DNA from: Candidatus Iainarchaeum sp.
GTDB taxonomy: Archaea > Iainarchaeota > Iainarchaeia > Iainarchaeales > CSSED10-239
Direction: 5' to 3'
Length of the DNA: 32,000 bases
Assembly: GCA_037441475.1 (NCBI GenBank)
Contig: JBBISB010000001.1
Coordinates: 547,465-579,464, forward strand
In this document: positions 16,739 to 26,032 of the stretch, piece by piece
Position numbering within the stretch: position 1 is the first letter of the stretch
How the letters are laid out: every line of letters starts with the position of its first letter
The notes under the pieces: generated by a model
Databases searched by the model: none
Told to the model about the DNA's origin: nothing
What the model saw: the letters and a program-made list of their open reading frames with translations, nothing else
Position numbers and translations under genes: made by a program

Positions 16739-18889
16739 TTAAACAGAAAGAAGATTTTTTAAAAGATCTCTTTCTTCTCTATACACACTATCCTTATACT
16801 CTAATTGTTCTTTATTAATAATTATTGCATTGATATTTGAATTTACAAAAGACTTAATATCAGCAGCTGTATTTTTAGAGTTAATCTCTGCGATTCTCAT
16901 AATCTTGTTTTCTTTACAAACCTTAATAACTTCTTTAACCTTTGTAAAATCAATATCTTCAAGGTTTAAGGTAAGATATTCAATTCCTCTTGAAAGATAC
17001 TCTAAGATAAGTCCTTCCTTTAAAGATTCAACTATTACTCCAAGCCTTGAGTCTGTGTTTTCTTTAATAGGGGTAATTTCGTCTGCTGATTTAATATTCT
17101 CTAAAAGAATATTTACCTTTCCTCCCATCTCAATAATTGCTTCAAGTTCATAGCTTGATACATTTTCTGTCATTAAGTTTCTTGTATGTGTGTTTATTTT
17201 ATAAAATATTTCCTTGCCTTCAAATATTTTTGTAATTTCTAGAAGTTTATTTTTTATGTTAGGCACCAATAGGTTAAGATTTTCAAGCATGCTTCCTTTC
17301 TCATAACTTGTAAACAGTGAGTCTATTGTTAAGACAATACCATCTATATCAGGAAGATTTATTTTTTTAATTTCATCTAAACCATTTATTCTAATATATG
17401 TTTTTGTAATTGTTTTAGGGTAAATTGGTTCCCTGTTTTGTGCTCTTTCAATAACAACTTCATTCTCTCTCTTTGTTTCAACAACTTGTTTTACCTTAGG
17501 AGGCGCCACATACCCTGAAACACTGTACACTTTACCGTTAAAACCATTAACTAAAACAGATTGTCCATCTCTTAATATTTCTGTAGCTCTTTCTGTATGC
17601 ACTACACAAGGAACATCATATTTTTTAGCAATCAAGGCAGCATGACAGATAGCACTTCCAGCATCAGTTACAATCCCTTTTGCTTTTCTTAAAACTTGTG
17701 ACATTTCAAGAGTTGTCATTTTAGTAACAAAGATTGTGTTTTCATCAATATTTTTAAGATCTTCTTTATCATTAACTATTTTTACTGTACCAATGGAGAT
17801 TCCACTAGACACTCCAATTCCTTCAAGAAGTAAACTTTTTTTATATGTGTCTAGTTTTTCTTGATAGGTGGTTGCATCTATTTTCTTTTTTTGTTTTATT
17901 TTCTTTAAATCAGGGTTAATTGGATTAACACTAACTATCATTATCTCTTCATTAGCATCTATTACCCAGTTAACTTCTAAAGCTGTGCCGTAGATAAGTT
18001 CAAGCTTGTTTGCTATCTGTGCAAGTTCATTTAAGTCTCTTTGATCTAACTTTTGTTTATCATTATCTTTTTGATCAACTGGTGCTTTGCTGGTTTTTCC
18101 AACAATTCTTTTAAGCATCCATTCTTGATTTGATTTTGTTTTTTTAATAATAGAGAATGTTTTCTTATGTATCTCATAATGATCAGGAGTTACTTCTTTA
18201 ATTAAGCTTTTTCCTCCAAACCCATATATTGCTTCTATTATTGCAACATCTTTCGAATCTTCTTTTGAGGTTATCATTATTCCTGATTTTTTACCAGGTA
18301 TCATTTTTTGAATAATTATTGATAAATGTATTTTATTTTCTTCAAAACCTTTTCTATATTTATATTCTAAAATTTCAGGAGAGTAAAGATCTGCCCAGCA
18401 TTCCTTTACGCTATTAAGTATCTCATCTCTTCCTTTAATATTTAAAAAACCAGTATGTCTTTCAATAAAGTCAAGTTCCTTTAAAGGGTATTCTTCACTT
18501 GACACTGAGGCTCTAATAGCTACAAACTCATCCACTTTTGTGTTCATGAAACCAACTTTAGCTTCTCCTATCTTAATATACATTTTTAGAACTTCTGAAG
18601 CAAAGTCTTCATCTATTTTCTGTTTTAAGAAAAGCTCTCTTATTTGGTTTGATTTATTTTGAATATCTTCTTTCTTTGTATAATCTATTGTTTCTAGAAT
18701 TTGGTTTATTTTTTCTCTAAGTTGGTTTTTTTGTATAAAGTTAAAGAAGTTTTTATAGTTTATGACAAAACCTCTAGGAAGCGGTAGGTTTGCTTTTGCA
18801 ATTTCTGAGAGTATATGTGCTTTATAACCCACTTCTAGGACCTCATGGTCTGATATTTCTTTTATCCATTTAATATTTGTTTCAAGCAT
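16739..18889 (-). CDS. Phosphoenolpyruvate synthase / PPDK-like protein with divergent C-terminal domain
   Basis: 716 aa; N-terminal ATP-grasp-like LPLPRGFVI, FVAIRASVSSE, IYGFGGKSLI; swivelling His domain VTKMTTLEMSQVLRKAKGIVTDAGSAICHAALIAKKYDVPCVV. C-terminal TIM-barrel-like region recognised only by weak similarity (RLGVIVESLKEGLILEYLSRGIEYLTLNLEDI). Confidence 0.85.
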   Translation of the reverse strand: MLETNIKWIKEISDHEVLEVGYKAHILSEIAKANLPLPRGFVINYKNFFNFIQKNQLREKINQILETIDYTKKEDIQNKSNQIRELFLKQKIDEDFASEVLKMYIKIGEAKVGFMNTKVDEFVAIRASVSSEEYPLKELDFIERHTGFLNIKGRDEILNSVKECWADLYSPEILEYKYRKGFEENKIHLSIIIQKMIPGKKSGIMITSKEDSKDVAIIEAIYGFGGKSLIKEVTPDHYEIHKKTFSIIKKTKSNQEWMLKRIVGKTSKAPVDQKDNDKQKLDQRDLNELAQIANKLELIYGTALEVNWVIDANEEIMIVSVNPINPDLKKIKQKKKIDATTYQEKLDTYKKSLLLEGIGVSSGISIGTVKIVNDKEDLKNIDENTIFVTKMTTLEMSQVLRKAKGIVTDAGSAICHAALIAKKYDVPCVVHTERATEILRDGQSVLVNGFNGKVYSVSGYVAPPKVKQVVETKRENEVVIERAQNREPIYPKTITKTYIRINGLDEIKKINLPDIDGIVLTIDSLFTSYEKGSMLENLNLLVPNIKNKLLEITKIFEGKEIFYKINTHTRNLMTENVSSYELEAIIEMGGKVNILLENIKSADEITPIKENTDSRLGVIVESLKEGLILEYLSRGIEYLTLNLEDIDFTKVKEVIKVCKENKIMRIAEINSKNTAADIKSFVNSNINAIIINKEQLEYKDSVYREERDLLKNLLSV

Positions 18890-19134
18890 GTTTAATCATT
18901 TATTTGTGTGGTTTTTATCTAAATTATAAGTTTATCTATCATATATTTTATTTAGCTATGTTAATAGTAGATAGAAAACTATTTATTTGTTTTTCTTACA
19001 TATATAGTGGTAAATTGGTTTTTTTAGTTTGGATTTAGGTTTCTTTCTCGGCCAGCTACCCTACCAAAAAACATATATTCCTTTAATCTCATAATATTAT
19101 TGTTTAATAGAAAAATATAAAGTGTGATTAATAT

Positions 19135-20187
19135 ATGAAAAAAGGAAAGATAATGGATAAAGAAACTTATAATAATGAAGAGATGGATGAATCTTCTCTT
19201 GAAGATGACTTTATAGTCTCAAAAGAAGTAGACCCTATAAAAGAAAAAATTAAACCAAAGGATATTACTGATCTTCCTGGTATTGGTCCAACCTCTGCAG
19301 AAAAATTAAAAGCAGCTGGTTTTGATTCCTATGAAGCTATAGCTGTTGCCTCTCCAATGGAGCTTGTTGCTATTGCTGGTTTAGGGGAAGGGACTGCCAT
19401 TAAATGTATAAAAGCAGCAAGAGATTCTCTTGACATGGGCTTTGAAAGTGCTGATGTTCTTTTAGAAAAAAGAAAAATGATTGATAAGATATCTACTGGC
19501 TCTTCAAGTATTGATGAACTTTTAGCAGGTGGTATAGAGAGTCAATCGATAACAGAGGTATATGGAATGTTTGCTTCTGGTAAATCTCAATGGTGCTTTC
19601 AACTTTGTGTAATGGCTCAACTTCCTAAAGAAAAAGGTGGTCTTTCAGGTTCTGTTCTTTACATTGATACAGAAAACTCTTTCAGGCCAGAGAGAGTAAG
19701 CCAGATGGCAATAAATAAAGGTCTTAACCCAGATGAAGTTATGAAAAACATCTATGTTGCAAGAGCATATAACAGTGATCACCAAATGCTTTTAGCAGAA
19801 AAGGCAATTGATTTAATAAAGGAAAAAAACATTAAACTTTTAATAGTTGATTCCTTAACCAGTCAGTTCAGGTCTGAGTTTACAGGAAGAGGACAATTAT
19901 CAGATAGACAACAAAAATTAAATAAGCACATGAGACTTTTACAAAAGGTTGCTGAACTTTATAATGTAGTTGTCTTTGTAACAAACCAAGTAATGTCTAG
20001 ACCAGATGTTTTATTTGGGGACCCTACAGACGCTATTGGTGGTAATGTTGTAAAGCACGCGTCCAAGACAAGGATATACTTAAGAAAAAGTTCAGGTACA
20101 AAAAGAATTGCAAAATTAGTTGATTCTCCTTCTCTTCCAGATGGAGAGGTTGCATACAATGTTACTGAAAGAGGTATTGAAGATTAA
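19135..20187 (+). CDS. radA: DNA repair and recombination protein RadA
   Basis: 350 aa; HhH region [13 protein letters not shown], Walker [50 protein letters not shown]. Confidence 0.96.
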   Translation: MKKGKIMDKETYNNEEMDESSLEDDFIVSKEVDPIKEKIKPKDITDLPGIGPTSAEKLKAAGFDSYEAIAVASPMELVAIAGLGEGTAIKCIKAARDSLDMGFESADVLLEKRKMIDKISTGSSSIDELLAGGIESQSITEVYGMFASGKSQWCFQLCVMAQLPKEKGGLSGSVLYIDTENSFRPERVSQMAINKGLNPDEVMKNIYVARAYNSDHQMLLAEKAIDLIKEKNIKLLIVDSLTSQFRSEFTGRGQLSDRQQKLNKHMRLLQKVAELYNVVVFVTNQVMSRPDVLFGDPTDAIGGNVVKHASKTRIYLRKSSGTKRIAKLVDSPSLPDGEVAYNVTERGIED

Positions 20188-20232
20188 ACCTTTTTCTTAT
20201 CACTTCTTCTTTTTAAAATAAAAAAAGTAAAA

Positions 20233-20253
20233 AAAGGTTTTTAAAAAAACCTT
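20233..20253. terminator. Possible terminator-like hairpin between convergent radA and the small two-TM gene
   Basis: Inverted repeat aaggttttt / aaaaacctt in an A/T-rich context. Confidence 0.35.
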
Positions 20254-20256
20254 ATT

Positions 20257-20431
20257 TTATTTCATCTTATATACAAAATAGTAAACAATTGCTGTTATTA
20301 TGTTAAAGAAAACTGCACAAACTATCCATATAACTTGTGCCTGTTGATAGTCTTTTATTATTTTCTAAAACATCATAGATTACCCAGATTGCAAGTAATA
20401 CAGCTACTATCCATAATATTGTTGTAATCAT
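20257..20431 (-). pseudogene. Small two-transmembrane protein, PLDc_N-like, split by a frameshift
   Basis: From ATG at 20431: MITTILWIVAVLLAIWVIYDVLENNKRLSTGT then out of frame; adjacent frame continues VIWIVCAVFFNIITAIVYYFVYKMK* to 20257. Confidence 0.65.
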
Positions 20432-20579
20432 ATTTTTTCATATCCCCCTTTATATCTTTTTGTAAATGTGCTTTGATTAAAGATATTAAATAAAAAACAT
20501 TATAAATAACTTGCCTTTTTAAATTCTTTTATATACCATATATATAAATGAAACTAAATTCATTTATTTGTGATTAAAT

Positions 20580-21350
20580 ATGATAAATTACTTACTTACC
20601 ATTAAAAACCTAAACGTTAGTGTTGAGGATAAAAAAATATTAAATAACTTTAATATTGATATTAAAAACCAAGAGATACATGCAATCATGGGTCCAAACG
20701 GTTCAGGAAAATCCACTCTAGCCTATACTCTAATGGGTCACCCTAAATACAATGTAATTTCAGGTAAAATCACTTTTAATAAAAAGAACTTATTTTCTCT
20801 TTCTGTTGATAAAAGAACAAAGGAAGGGATATTTTTATCTTTTCAAACACCTTTAGAGATATCTGGTCTTAATTATTTTTCTTTTTTAAAAAATTCTTTC
20901 AATTCCATGCATAAAGAAAAATTATCTCCTCTAAAGTTTAACACCTTAGTTAAAGAAAAAATGAAACTATTAAATATGCCAGAAAACTTTTTATCTCGTG
21001 ACCTAAACTCAGGTTTTTCAGGTGGAGAAAAGAAGAGAGCAGAGATTTTACAACTTATCTTAATGAACCCTAAGCTCGCTATCTTAGATGAAACAGATTC
21101 AGGGCTTGACATTGATTCCCTAAAATTAGTATGTAGTTCAGTTAATAATTTAAAGAAAGAAAATAAAGAATTTTCTGCAATAGTTATCACCCACTATAAA
21201 AAAATACTTGACTTTTTAAAACCTGATTTCGTGCATGTAATGTATGATGGCAGAATAATAAAAAGTGGAGATAAGTCTTTTGCAACATACATAGAAAAAA
21301 ATGGTTTTACAAAAATAATTGATGATTATAAAAAAAAGAATAATTTATGA
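20580..21350 (+). CDS. sufC: Fe-S cluster assembly ATPase SufC
   Basis: 256 aa ABC ATPase; AIMGPNGSGKSTLAYTLMG, GFSGGEKKRAEILQ, LAILDETDSGLDID. Confidence 0.95.
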   Translation: MINYLLTIKNLNVSVEDKKILNNFNIDIKNQEIHAIMGPNGSGKSTLAYTLMGHPKYNVISGKITFNKKNLFSLSVDKRTKEGIFLSFQTPLEISGLNYFSFLKNSFNSMHKEKLSPLKFNTLVKEKMKLLNMPENFLSRDLNSGFSGGEKKRAEILQLILMNPKLAILDETDSGLDIDSLKLVCSSVNNLKKENKEFSAIVITHYKKILDFLKPDFVHVMYDGRIIKSGDKSFATYIEKNGFTKIIDDYKKKNNL

Positions 21351-22792
21351 ACAGAAATAAACTTGATGGAAAAGCAAAACTTTCATCTTTAAAAAAAGCT
21401 AAAAAAGCTACAGAAATTGAAAAATATAATTTTTCCTATTCAACAAAGGATTATAAAATCAAGTTTAATAAAGGTCTTGATACTAATGTTATTAGAAAAA
21501 TATCTGCTATTAAAAGAGAACCTAAATGGATGCTTGACTTTCGTCTTAAGGCCTATAATGTCTTTAAAGAAAAAAAACTTCCTACCTGGGGAATAATGCC
21601 ATTAAATGAAATTGATTTTAAAAACATAACCTACTTTGCATCAGTTGGAAGTGATGAAAAAAAAAGCTGGAAGGATGTTCCGAAAAATGTTAAAAAAACA
21701 TTTGAAAGGATTGGTGTTCCAAAAGCAGAAAGAGATTTTCTTGCAGGTGTAGGTGCACAGTATGATTCAGAGGTAATCTACCACAAAACAAAAAAAGAAT
21801 TTGAAGATAAGGGTGTAGTTTTTCTATCAATGGATGAAGGCTTAAAACAATACCCTGACTTGGTTAAAAAATATTTTGGAACTGTTGTGCCAATTGAAGA
21901 TAATAAATTTTCTGCTCTTAACTCTGCTGTTTGGTCAGGAGGTTCCTTTGTGTATGTTCCAGAGGGCGTAAAGGTTGATACTCCTCTTCAAGCATACTTT
22001 AGAATTAATTCTGCTAATATGGGACAGTTTGAAAGAACATTGATTATCGCTGATAAAAACAGCAAAATCCATTATGTTGAAGGATGTACAGCCCCTAGGT
22101 TTTCCACTCAATCTCTTCATGCAGCAGTTGTAGAGGTTATAGCCTTAGAGGGTGCTAGTATAAGGTATACCACCATACAAAACTGGGCAAACAACATCTA
22201 TAACCTTGTTACAAAAAGAGCATTTGCTTACAAAGATGCAACCGTTGAATGGGTGGATGGTAACCTAGGCTCAAAATTAACAATGAAGTATCCTGCTATT
22301 CACTTAAAAGGAGAAAATGCAAGAGGAGAGGTTCTATCTATTGCCATAGCTTCTAAAAACCAAAAGCAAGATGCAGGTGCAAAGATTATTCATGAGGCAA
22401 ATAACACCACAGGAACAATAATTTCAAAATCAATATCAAAGGATGGTGGAGAATCATCTTACAGAGGTCTTGTTAAGATAAACAAGGGTTTAAAGAATAT
22501 TAAATCAAATGTAAGATGTGATGCCATATTAATTGATTCAAAAAGTAAAACTGATACATATCCTGTAATAATTGTAAACGAACCAACAGCAGAAGTTTCT
22601 CATGAAGCAACTGTTGGAAGGATAGGGGAAGAGCAGTTATTTTATTTAATGTCAAGAGGTATTGAAGAATCAAAGGCAATCACCTTAATTATTTTAGGTT
22701 TTATAAGTGAGTTTTCAAAACAACTTCCCTTGGAGTATGCAGTTGAGCTTAATAGGTTAATTGAGATGGAGTTTGAAAATTCAGTTGGTTAG
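21347..22792 (+). CDS. sufB: Fe-S cluster assembly protein SufB
   Basis: 481 aa; SFVYVPEGVKVDTPLQAYFRIN, EGCTAPRF, SKSISKDGGESSYRGLVKI, SHEATVGRIGEEQLFYLMSRG; ATGA overlap with sufC. Confidence 0.95.
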   Translation: MNRNKLDGKAKLSSLKKAKKATEIEKYNFSYSTKDYKIKFNKGLDTNVIRKISAIKREPKWMLDFRLKAYNVFKEKKLPTWGIMPLNEIDFKNITYFASVGSDEKKSWKDVPKNVKKTFERIGVPKAERDFLAGVGAQYDSEVIYHKTKKEFEDKGVVFLSMDEGLKQYPDLVKKYFGTVVPIEDNKFSALNSAVWSGGSFVYVPEGVKVDTPLQAYFRINSANMGQFERTLIIADKNSKIHYVEGCTAPRFSTQSLHAAVVEVIALEGASIRYTTIQNWANNIYNLVTKRAFAYKDATVEWVDGNLGSKLTMKYPAIHLKGENARGEVLSIAIASKNQKQDAGAKIIHEANNTTGTIISKSISKDGGESSYRGLVKINKGLKNIKSNVRCDAILIDSKSKTDTYPVIIVNEPTAEVSHEATVGRIGEEQLFYLMSRGIEESKAITLIILGFISEFSKQLPLEYAVELNRLIEMEFENSVG

Positions 22793-22802
22793 GTTTTTTA
22801 AT

Positions 22803-23681
22803 ATGCAAAGAATAGATCTTAAAAGTTATAAAGTAAAAGAAGTATCTAAATCTTTAGCTGTAAGCTTAAATAAATTTAATCTTTCTTCAAACAAAAATAC
22901 TGCTGTCTTTCTTTTTAACGGCTTCCTTCCCTCAGATATACTTTTAGATATCTCTTCAACTTCTAAAAAAATAATTTTAATTTTTTCAAACATTAAAAAT
23001 AAAAACTTTCTTGAAGTCTCTGACCTTTCAAAAATAAAAGAAAAAGAAATTATCTATATTTTTAAAAACTGCGCTGAACTCTTTTATTTAAAGGACTTTA
23101 AGGGAAAAAATCTTTCCTTTAACAATAAGGTTTTTTTAGATAATTCCACTATTAATTTTTCAAATGTTTTCTTTGATGTAACAAACCTTAATTTCTTACA
23201 GGAAAACAATTTATATAAAGACTCACAAATAAACCAAAACGATGTTTTACTTCTCTCTTCAAACCAGAAAAATAAAATAAACGTCATTAACAACCATCTA
23301 TACAAGGAAACAGTTTCAAACACCATAATAAAGAATGTTTTAAAAGAAAATTCTTTTTCAAGATATGACGGGATGATAAACATCATAGGTAAGGGAGATT
23401 TTTCAAAAGCCTATCTTGAAACAAACACTATGCTTCTTTCAAAAGATGCAACATCTATAAGCATACCAATGCTTGAGATTGTTCCAAAGAACATAAAGGC
23501 AACTCATGCTGCAACTGTTGAACATGTAACAGAAGAGCAACTTTTCTATCTTTCCTCAAGAGCTTTATCAAGAGAAGAGGCTTATAACCTAATGGTTTCT
23601 TCTTTCTTAAAAGCAAATCTTGAAAGTTTACCTGATACTTTTAAAGAGCACATAAATAAAAAAATAAAAGATAAGTTATGA
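22803..23681 (+). CDS. sufD: SufB/SufD family protein (SufD)
   Basis: Track ORF starts at 22761, but MQRIDLKSYKVKEVS at 22803 avoids overlapping sufB; ATHAATVEHVTEEQLFYLSSRALSREEA. Confidence 0.88.
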   Translation: MQRIDLKSYKVKEVSKSLAVSLNKFNLSSNKNTAVFLFNGFLPSDILLDISSTSKKIILIFSNIKNKNFLEVSDLSKIKEKEIIYIFKNCAELFYLKDFKGKNLSFNNKVFLDNSTINFSNVFFDVTNLNFLQENNLYKDSQINQNDVLLLSSNQKNKINVINNHLYKETVSNTIIKNVLKENSFSRYDGMINIIGKGDFSKAYLETNTMLLSKDATSISIPMLEIVPKNIKATHAATVEHVTEEQLFYLSSRALSREEAYNLMVSSFLKANLESLPDTFKEHINKKIKDKL

Positions 23682-24091
23682 GTGATGACTACATTCCCTC
23701 TCAAATAATCTTAGACTACTATTCAGACCCTGTTAACTATGGCCCTTTATCAAAACCTGATATAAAGATAACTGGGCATAACAAAGGATGTACTGACACA
23801 GTTACCATTTATCTTCAGCTTAATAAAGATAAAATAAAAAAAATAACTTTCCAACATTCAGGTTGTGTTATCTCAAAAGCAGGTGGATGTATAGCCACAG
23901 AGGTTGTTATGGGTAAAACAATAAAAGAAGTTCTTTTGCTAAAACCAGAAACTATTATTGAAAATCTAGGTGGGGTCTTAAAAACCAGAGTAAGTTGTGC
24001 TTATCTTACTATAAACTTAATAAAAAAAGCACTTCTTGATTTTTCTAAAAATAAAAAAACTTTTCCTGTAACCTACGTCTTTGAAATTTAA
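23678..24091 (+). CDS. NifU/IscU-like Fe-S scaffold protein
   Basis: 137 aa; YYSDPVNYGPL, NKGCTDTVTIYLQL, FQHSGCVISKAGGCIATEVVMGK, RVSCAYLTINLIKKAL; last gene of the suf operon. Confidence 0.85.
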   Translation: MSDDYIPSQIILDYYSDPVNYGPLSKPDIKITGHNKGCTDTVTIYLQLNKDKIKKITFQHSGCVISKAGGCIATEVVMGKTIKEVLLLKPETIIENLGGVLKTRVSCAYLTINLIKKALLDFSKNKKTFPVTYVFEI

Positions 24092-24954
24092 TTTTTAACT
24101 CTCCTTAAGTTAAGGTTTTCTGCATACTTTGCTTTTCCAAAGTTCTTTCCAAGTTTTTCGTTTCTAGATTTATCTCTATAATGTATAACTCTATCCTCTC
24201 TTTCTTGTAAACTTTCTTGAGAGATAATCCCTGGTCCACCTACACATCCCCCTTTACAAAAAAGCATATCTAAAAACCTAATTTCTTTATTTTCCTTAAA
24301 CTTTAATATTGCTTTGTCAATTTCTTGTATACCATCAGCAATAACAATCTCTTCTTGTTTTAATATCTGTCTATTGTTAATAGTTTCAGCAACAGCTCCA
24401 GAAAGAGGATATATCTTTGTATAGTCATTATAGAATTTATCAAAACTTTTACTTTCATTTTCTTTCTTTGTATAGTATCCATTTTTTTTAGCATACAAAA
24501 ACATGTCATTAACTTCTTTAAAGGTAAGTGCAAAGTCAACCTCTTTATTTTCCTTAGCCTCTTGTTTCTTTGAAAAGCATGGTCCTACAAAAGCAATTAA
24601 GTGGTTAGGATACTTTTCTTTCATAAACCTTGCCATAACCACCATTGGTGAGGCTATATCCATAATATCTTTTTTAATCTCTGGATATTTATTTTCAATA
24701 TACTTAACAACACTAGGACAGTTGCCACAGATATGTTGTTTTTTTTTATTTTTTGTGATTTGTGCATGTATCTCTTTGTTTATTATTTTTGCAGAGTAGG
24801 TAAGTTCAACTATTTTGTTAAACCCTATCCTTCTAAGCTCAACTATAACTTTAGGATACTTAAAGTCCACAACAAAGCTTGGTGCAAGAAGACAAATAAC
24901 TTTCTTTTTATTAATTATTTTTAATGTTTCTAAAAGTTCATTATTAATTTCCAT
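24088..24954 (-). CDS. Compact [FeFe]-hydrogenase-like H-cluster domain protein, stand-alone
   Basis: 288 aa from ATG at 24954 (track ORF starts at 24987 with TTG); CGNCPSVVKYIENKYPEIKKDIMDIASPMVVMARF, FVGPCFSKKQEA, LFCKGGCVGGPGI; no CxxCxxCxxxC ferredoxin motif. Confidence 0.82.
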   Translation of the reverse strand: MEINNELLETLKIINKKKVICLLAPSFVVDFKYPKVIVELRRIGFNKIVELTYSAKIINKEIHAQITKNKKKQHICGNCPSVVKYIENKYPEIKKDIMDIASPMVVMARFMKEKYPNHLIAFVGPCFSKKQEAKENKEVDFALTFKEVNDMFLYAKKNGYYTKKENESKSFDKFYNDYTKIYPLSGAVAETINNRQILKQEEIVIADGIQEIDKAILKFKENKEIRFLDMLFCKGGCVGGPGIISQESLQEREDRVIHYRDKSRNEKLGKNFGKAKYAENLNLRRVKN

Positions 24955-24970
24955 TTTTTTCTTCACATCC

Positions 24971-25954
24971 TTATTTAATAAAATCAATCACTTTACTTTT
25001 TTTATTTTTCAAAAGAATAATTCTTGATTCTTTCTGTTCATTATGTATCTTAAACAATTTAGATCTTTTTTCAATTTCTTTTGAAAACTCCACAACATCA
25101 TTATGTGTTGGCATATTTTCAGCAGTTAAGTTATCTCTTGATGAACCTAAATGCATGTATGATTTTATCTCAAGATAATCTGTATTACTTCTTTCAAACA
25201 TTTCAATAAACTTATCTAAATACTCTAAGGAGTCATTAAGCCCATTAATCAAAGTAAACCTAACCACTTTTCTACATTTAAGGCTTGGATAAATATCAAT
25301 AGTTTTGTTCAGTCTTTGCCAACTATCTTTAATCTTCGTCTTATTTATTTTATGATGCATCTTTTCATCACATGCAACAATAGATAAATAAAGTTGTGTA
25401 GGTAGAGATTTATTTTTATTCATCTCTAAGAGCCTATCTGGTTCCATTCCATTAGTTACAATAAAGATACTTCTCATTTCTTTTTTCTTCTTTAAGTAAA
25501 GCACCATCTCTCCAAGTTTAGGATATATGGTAGGTTCACCTGCAAGCGAGATTGCAACATGCGTTGGAACAATTGCTTCATCATACTTTTTCTTTAAAAC
25601 CTTAGGGTTTCCCTTAAAGCCTGTAAGTAACTTTATTCTTTCTTCAAAAAGTCCATCAATAATTTCTTTAGCATCATCAAGTTGTTTTTCATCCATCTTC
25701 CATTCTTTCATGTACTCTGCAGGTCTCCAGCAAAAACTACAGTTAAGGTGACAGTTAACAACAGTAGGTGTTATTTGTGCACATCTATGACAATCAACAT
25801 TATAAAATTTTTCTTTATAGCAAACTCCTTGACCTCTAAATGCCTTTTTATTCCATCCACAAATCTCCACTGCCGAGTGTTTACCATAAATTCCATAATG
25901 CTTATGTCTTAAATCTTTAAAAATTTCTTCTTTTGTTTTATTCTCTTTTGTCAT
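24971..25954 (-). CDS. taw1: 4-demethylwyosine synthase (TYW1/Taw1, radical SAM)
   Basis: GIYGKHSAVEICGWNKKAFRGQGVCYKEKFYNVDCHRCAQITPTVVNCHLNCSFCWRP; SLAGEPTIYPKL. Track start 25999; ATG at 25954 is my preferred start. Confidence 0.92.
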   Translation of the reverse strand: MTKENKTKEEIFKDLRHKHYGIYGKHSAVEICGWNKKAFRGQGVCYKEKFYNVDCHRCAQITPTVVNCHLNCSFCWRPAEYMKEWKMDEKQLDDAKEIIDGLFEERIKLLTGFKGNPKVLKKKYDEAIVPTHVAISLAGEPTIYPKLGEMVLYLKKKKEMRSIFIVTNGMEPDRLLEMNKNKSLPTQLYLSIVACDEKMHHKINKTKIKDSWQRLNKTIDIYPSLKCRKVVRFTLINGLNDSLEYLDKFIEMFERSNTDYLEIKSYMHLGSSRDNLTAENMPTHNDVVEFSKEIEKRSKLFKIHNEQKESRIILLKNKKSKVIDFIK

Positions 25955-26021
25955 AGAAATATTATTTTTAATAGTCTTTTTAAACATTTTTGTTTTCAAT
26001 ATATATTATAATTTTATAAAA

Positions 26022-26027
26022 GGTGAT
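26022..26027 (+). promoter_or_regulatory. Shine-Dalgarno-like GGTGAT preceding a TTG start
   Basis: aaaggtgattattTTGgca; complementary to the conserved 3' end of 16S rRNA (ATCACC). Confidence 0.6.
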
Positions 26028-26032
26028 TATTT

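Noticed and set aside
13738-17153. Plus-strand ORFs 13738..14181, 14191..14460, 14715..14951, 16830..17153
   Set aside because: Antisense shadows of iscS, the ArsR-like region and the PEP-synthase-like gene.
22761-22802. Upstream SufD start given in the ORF track
   Set aside because: It would overlap sufB by 32 bp with non-family-like MRWSLKIQLVRFFN; the ATG at 22803 gives a clean start.
24088-24091. Four-bp convergent overlap of the NifU-like and hydrogenase-like genes as a special regulatory site
   Set aside because: Both stops share TTAA; in a compact genome this is expected and no further signal is visible.
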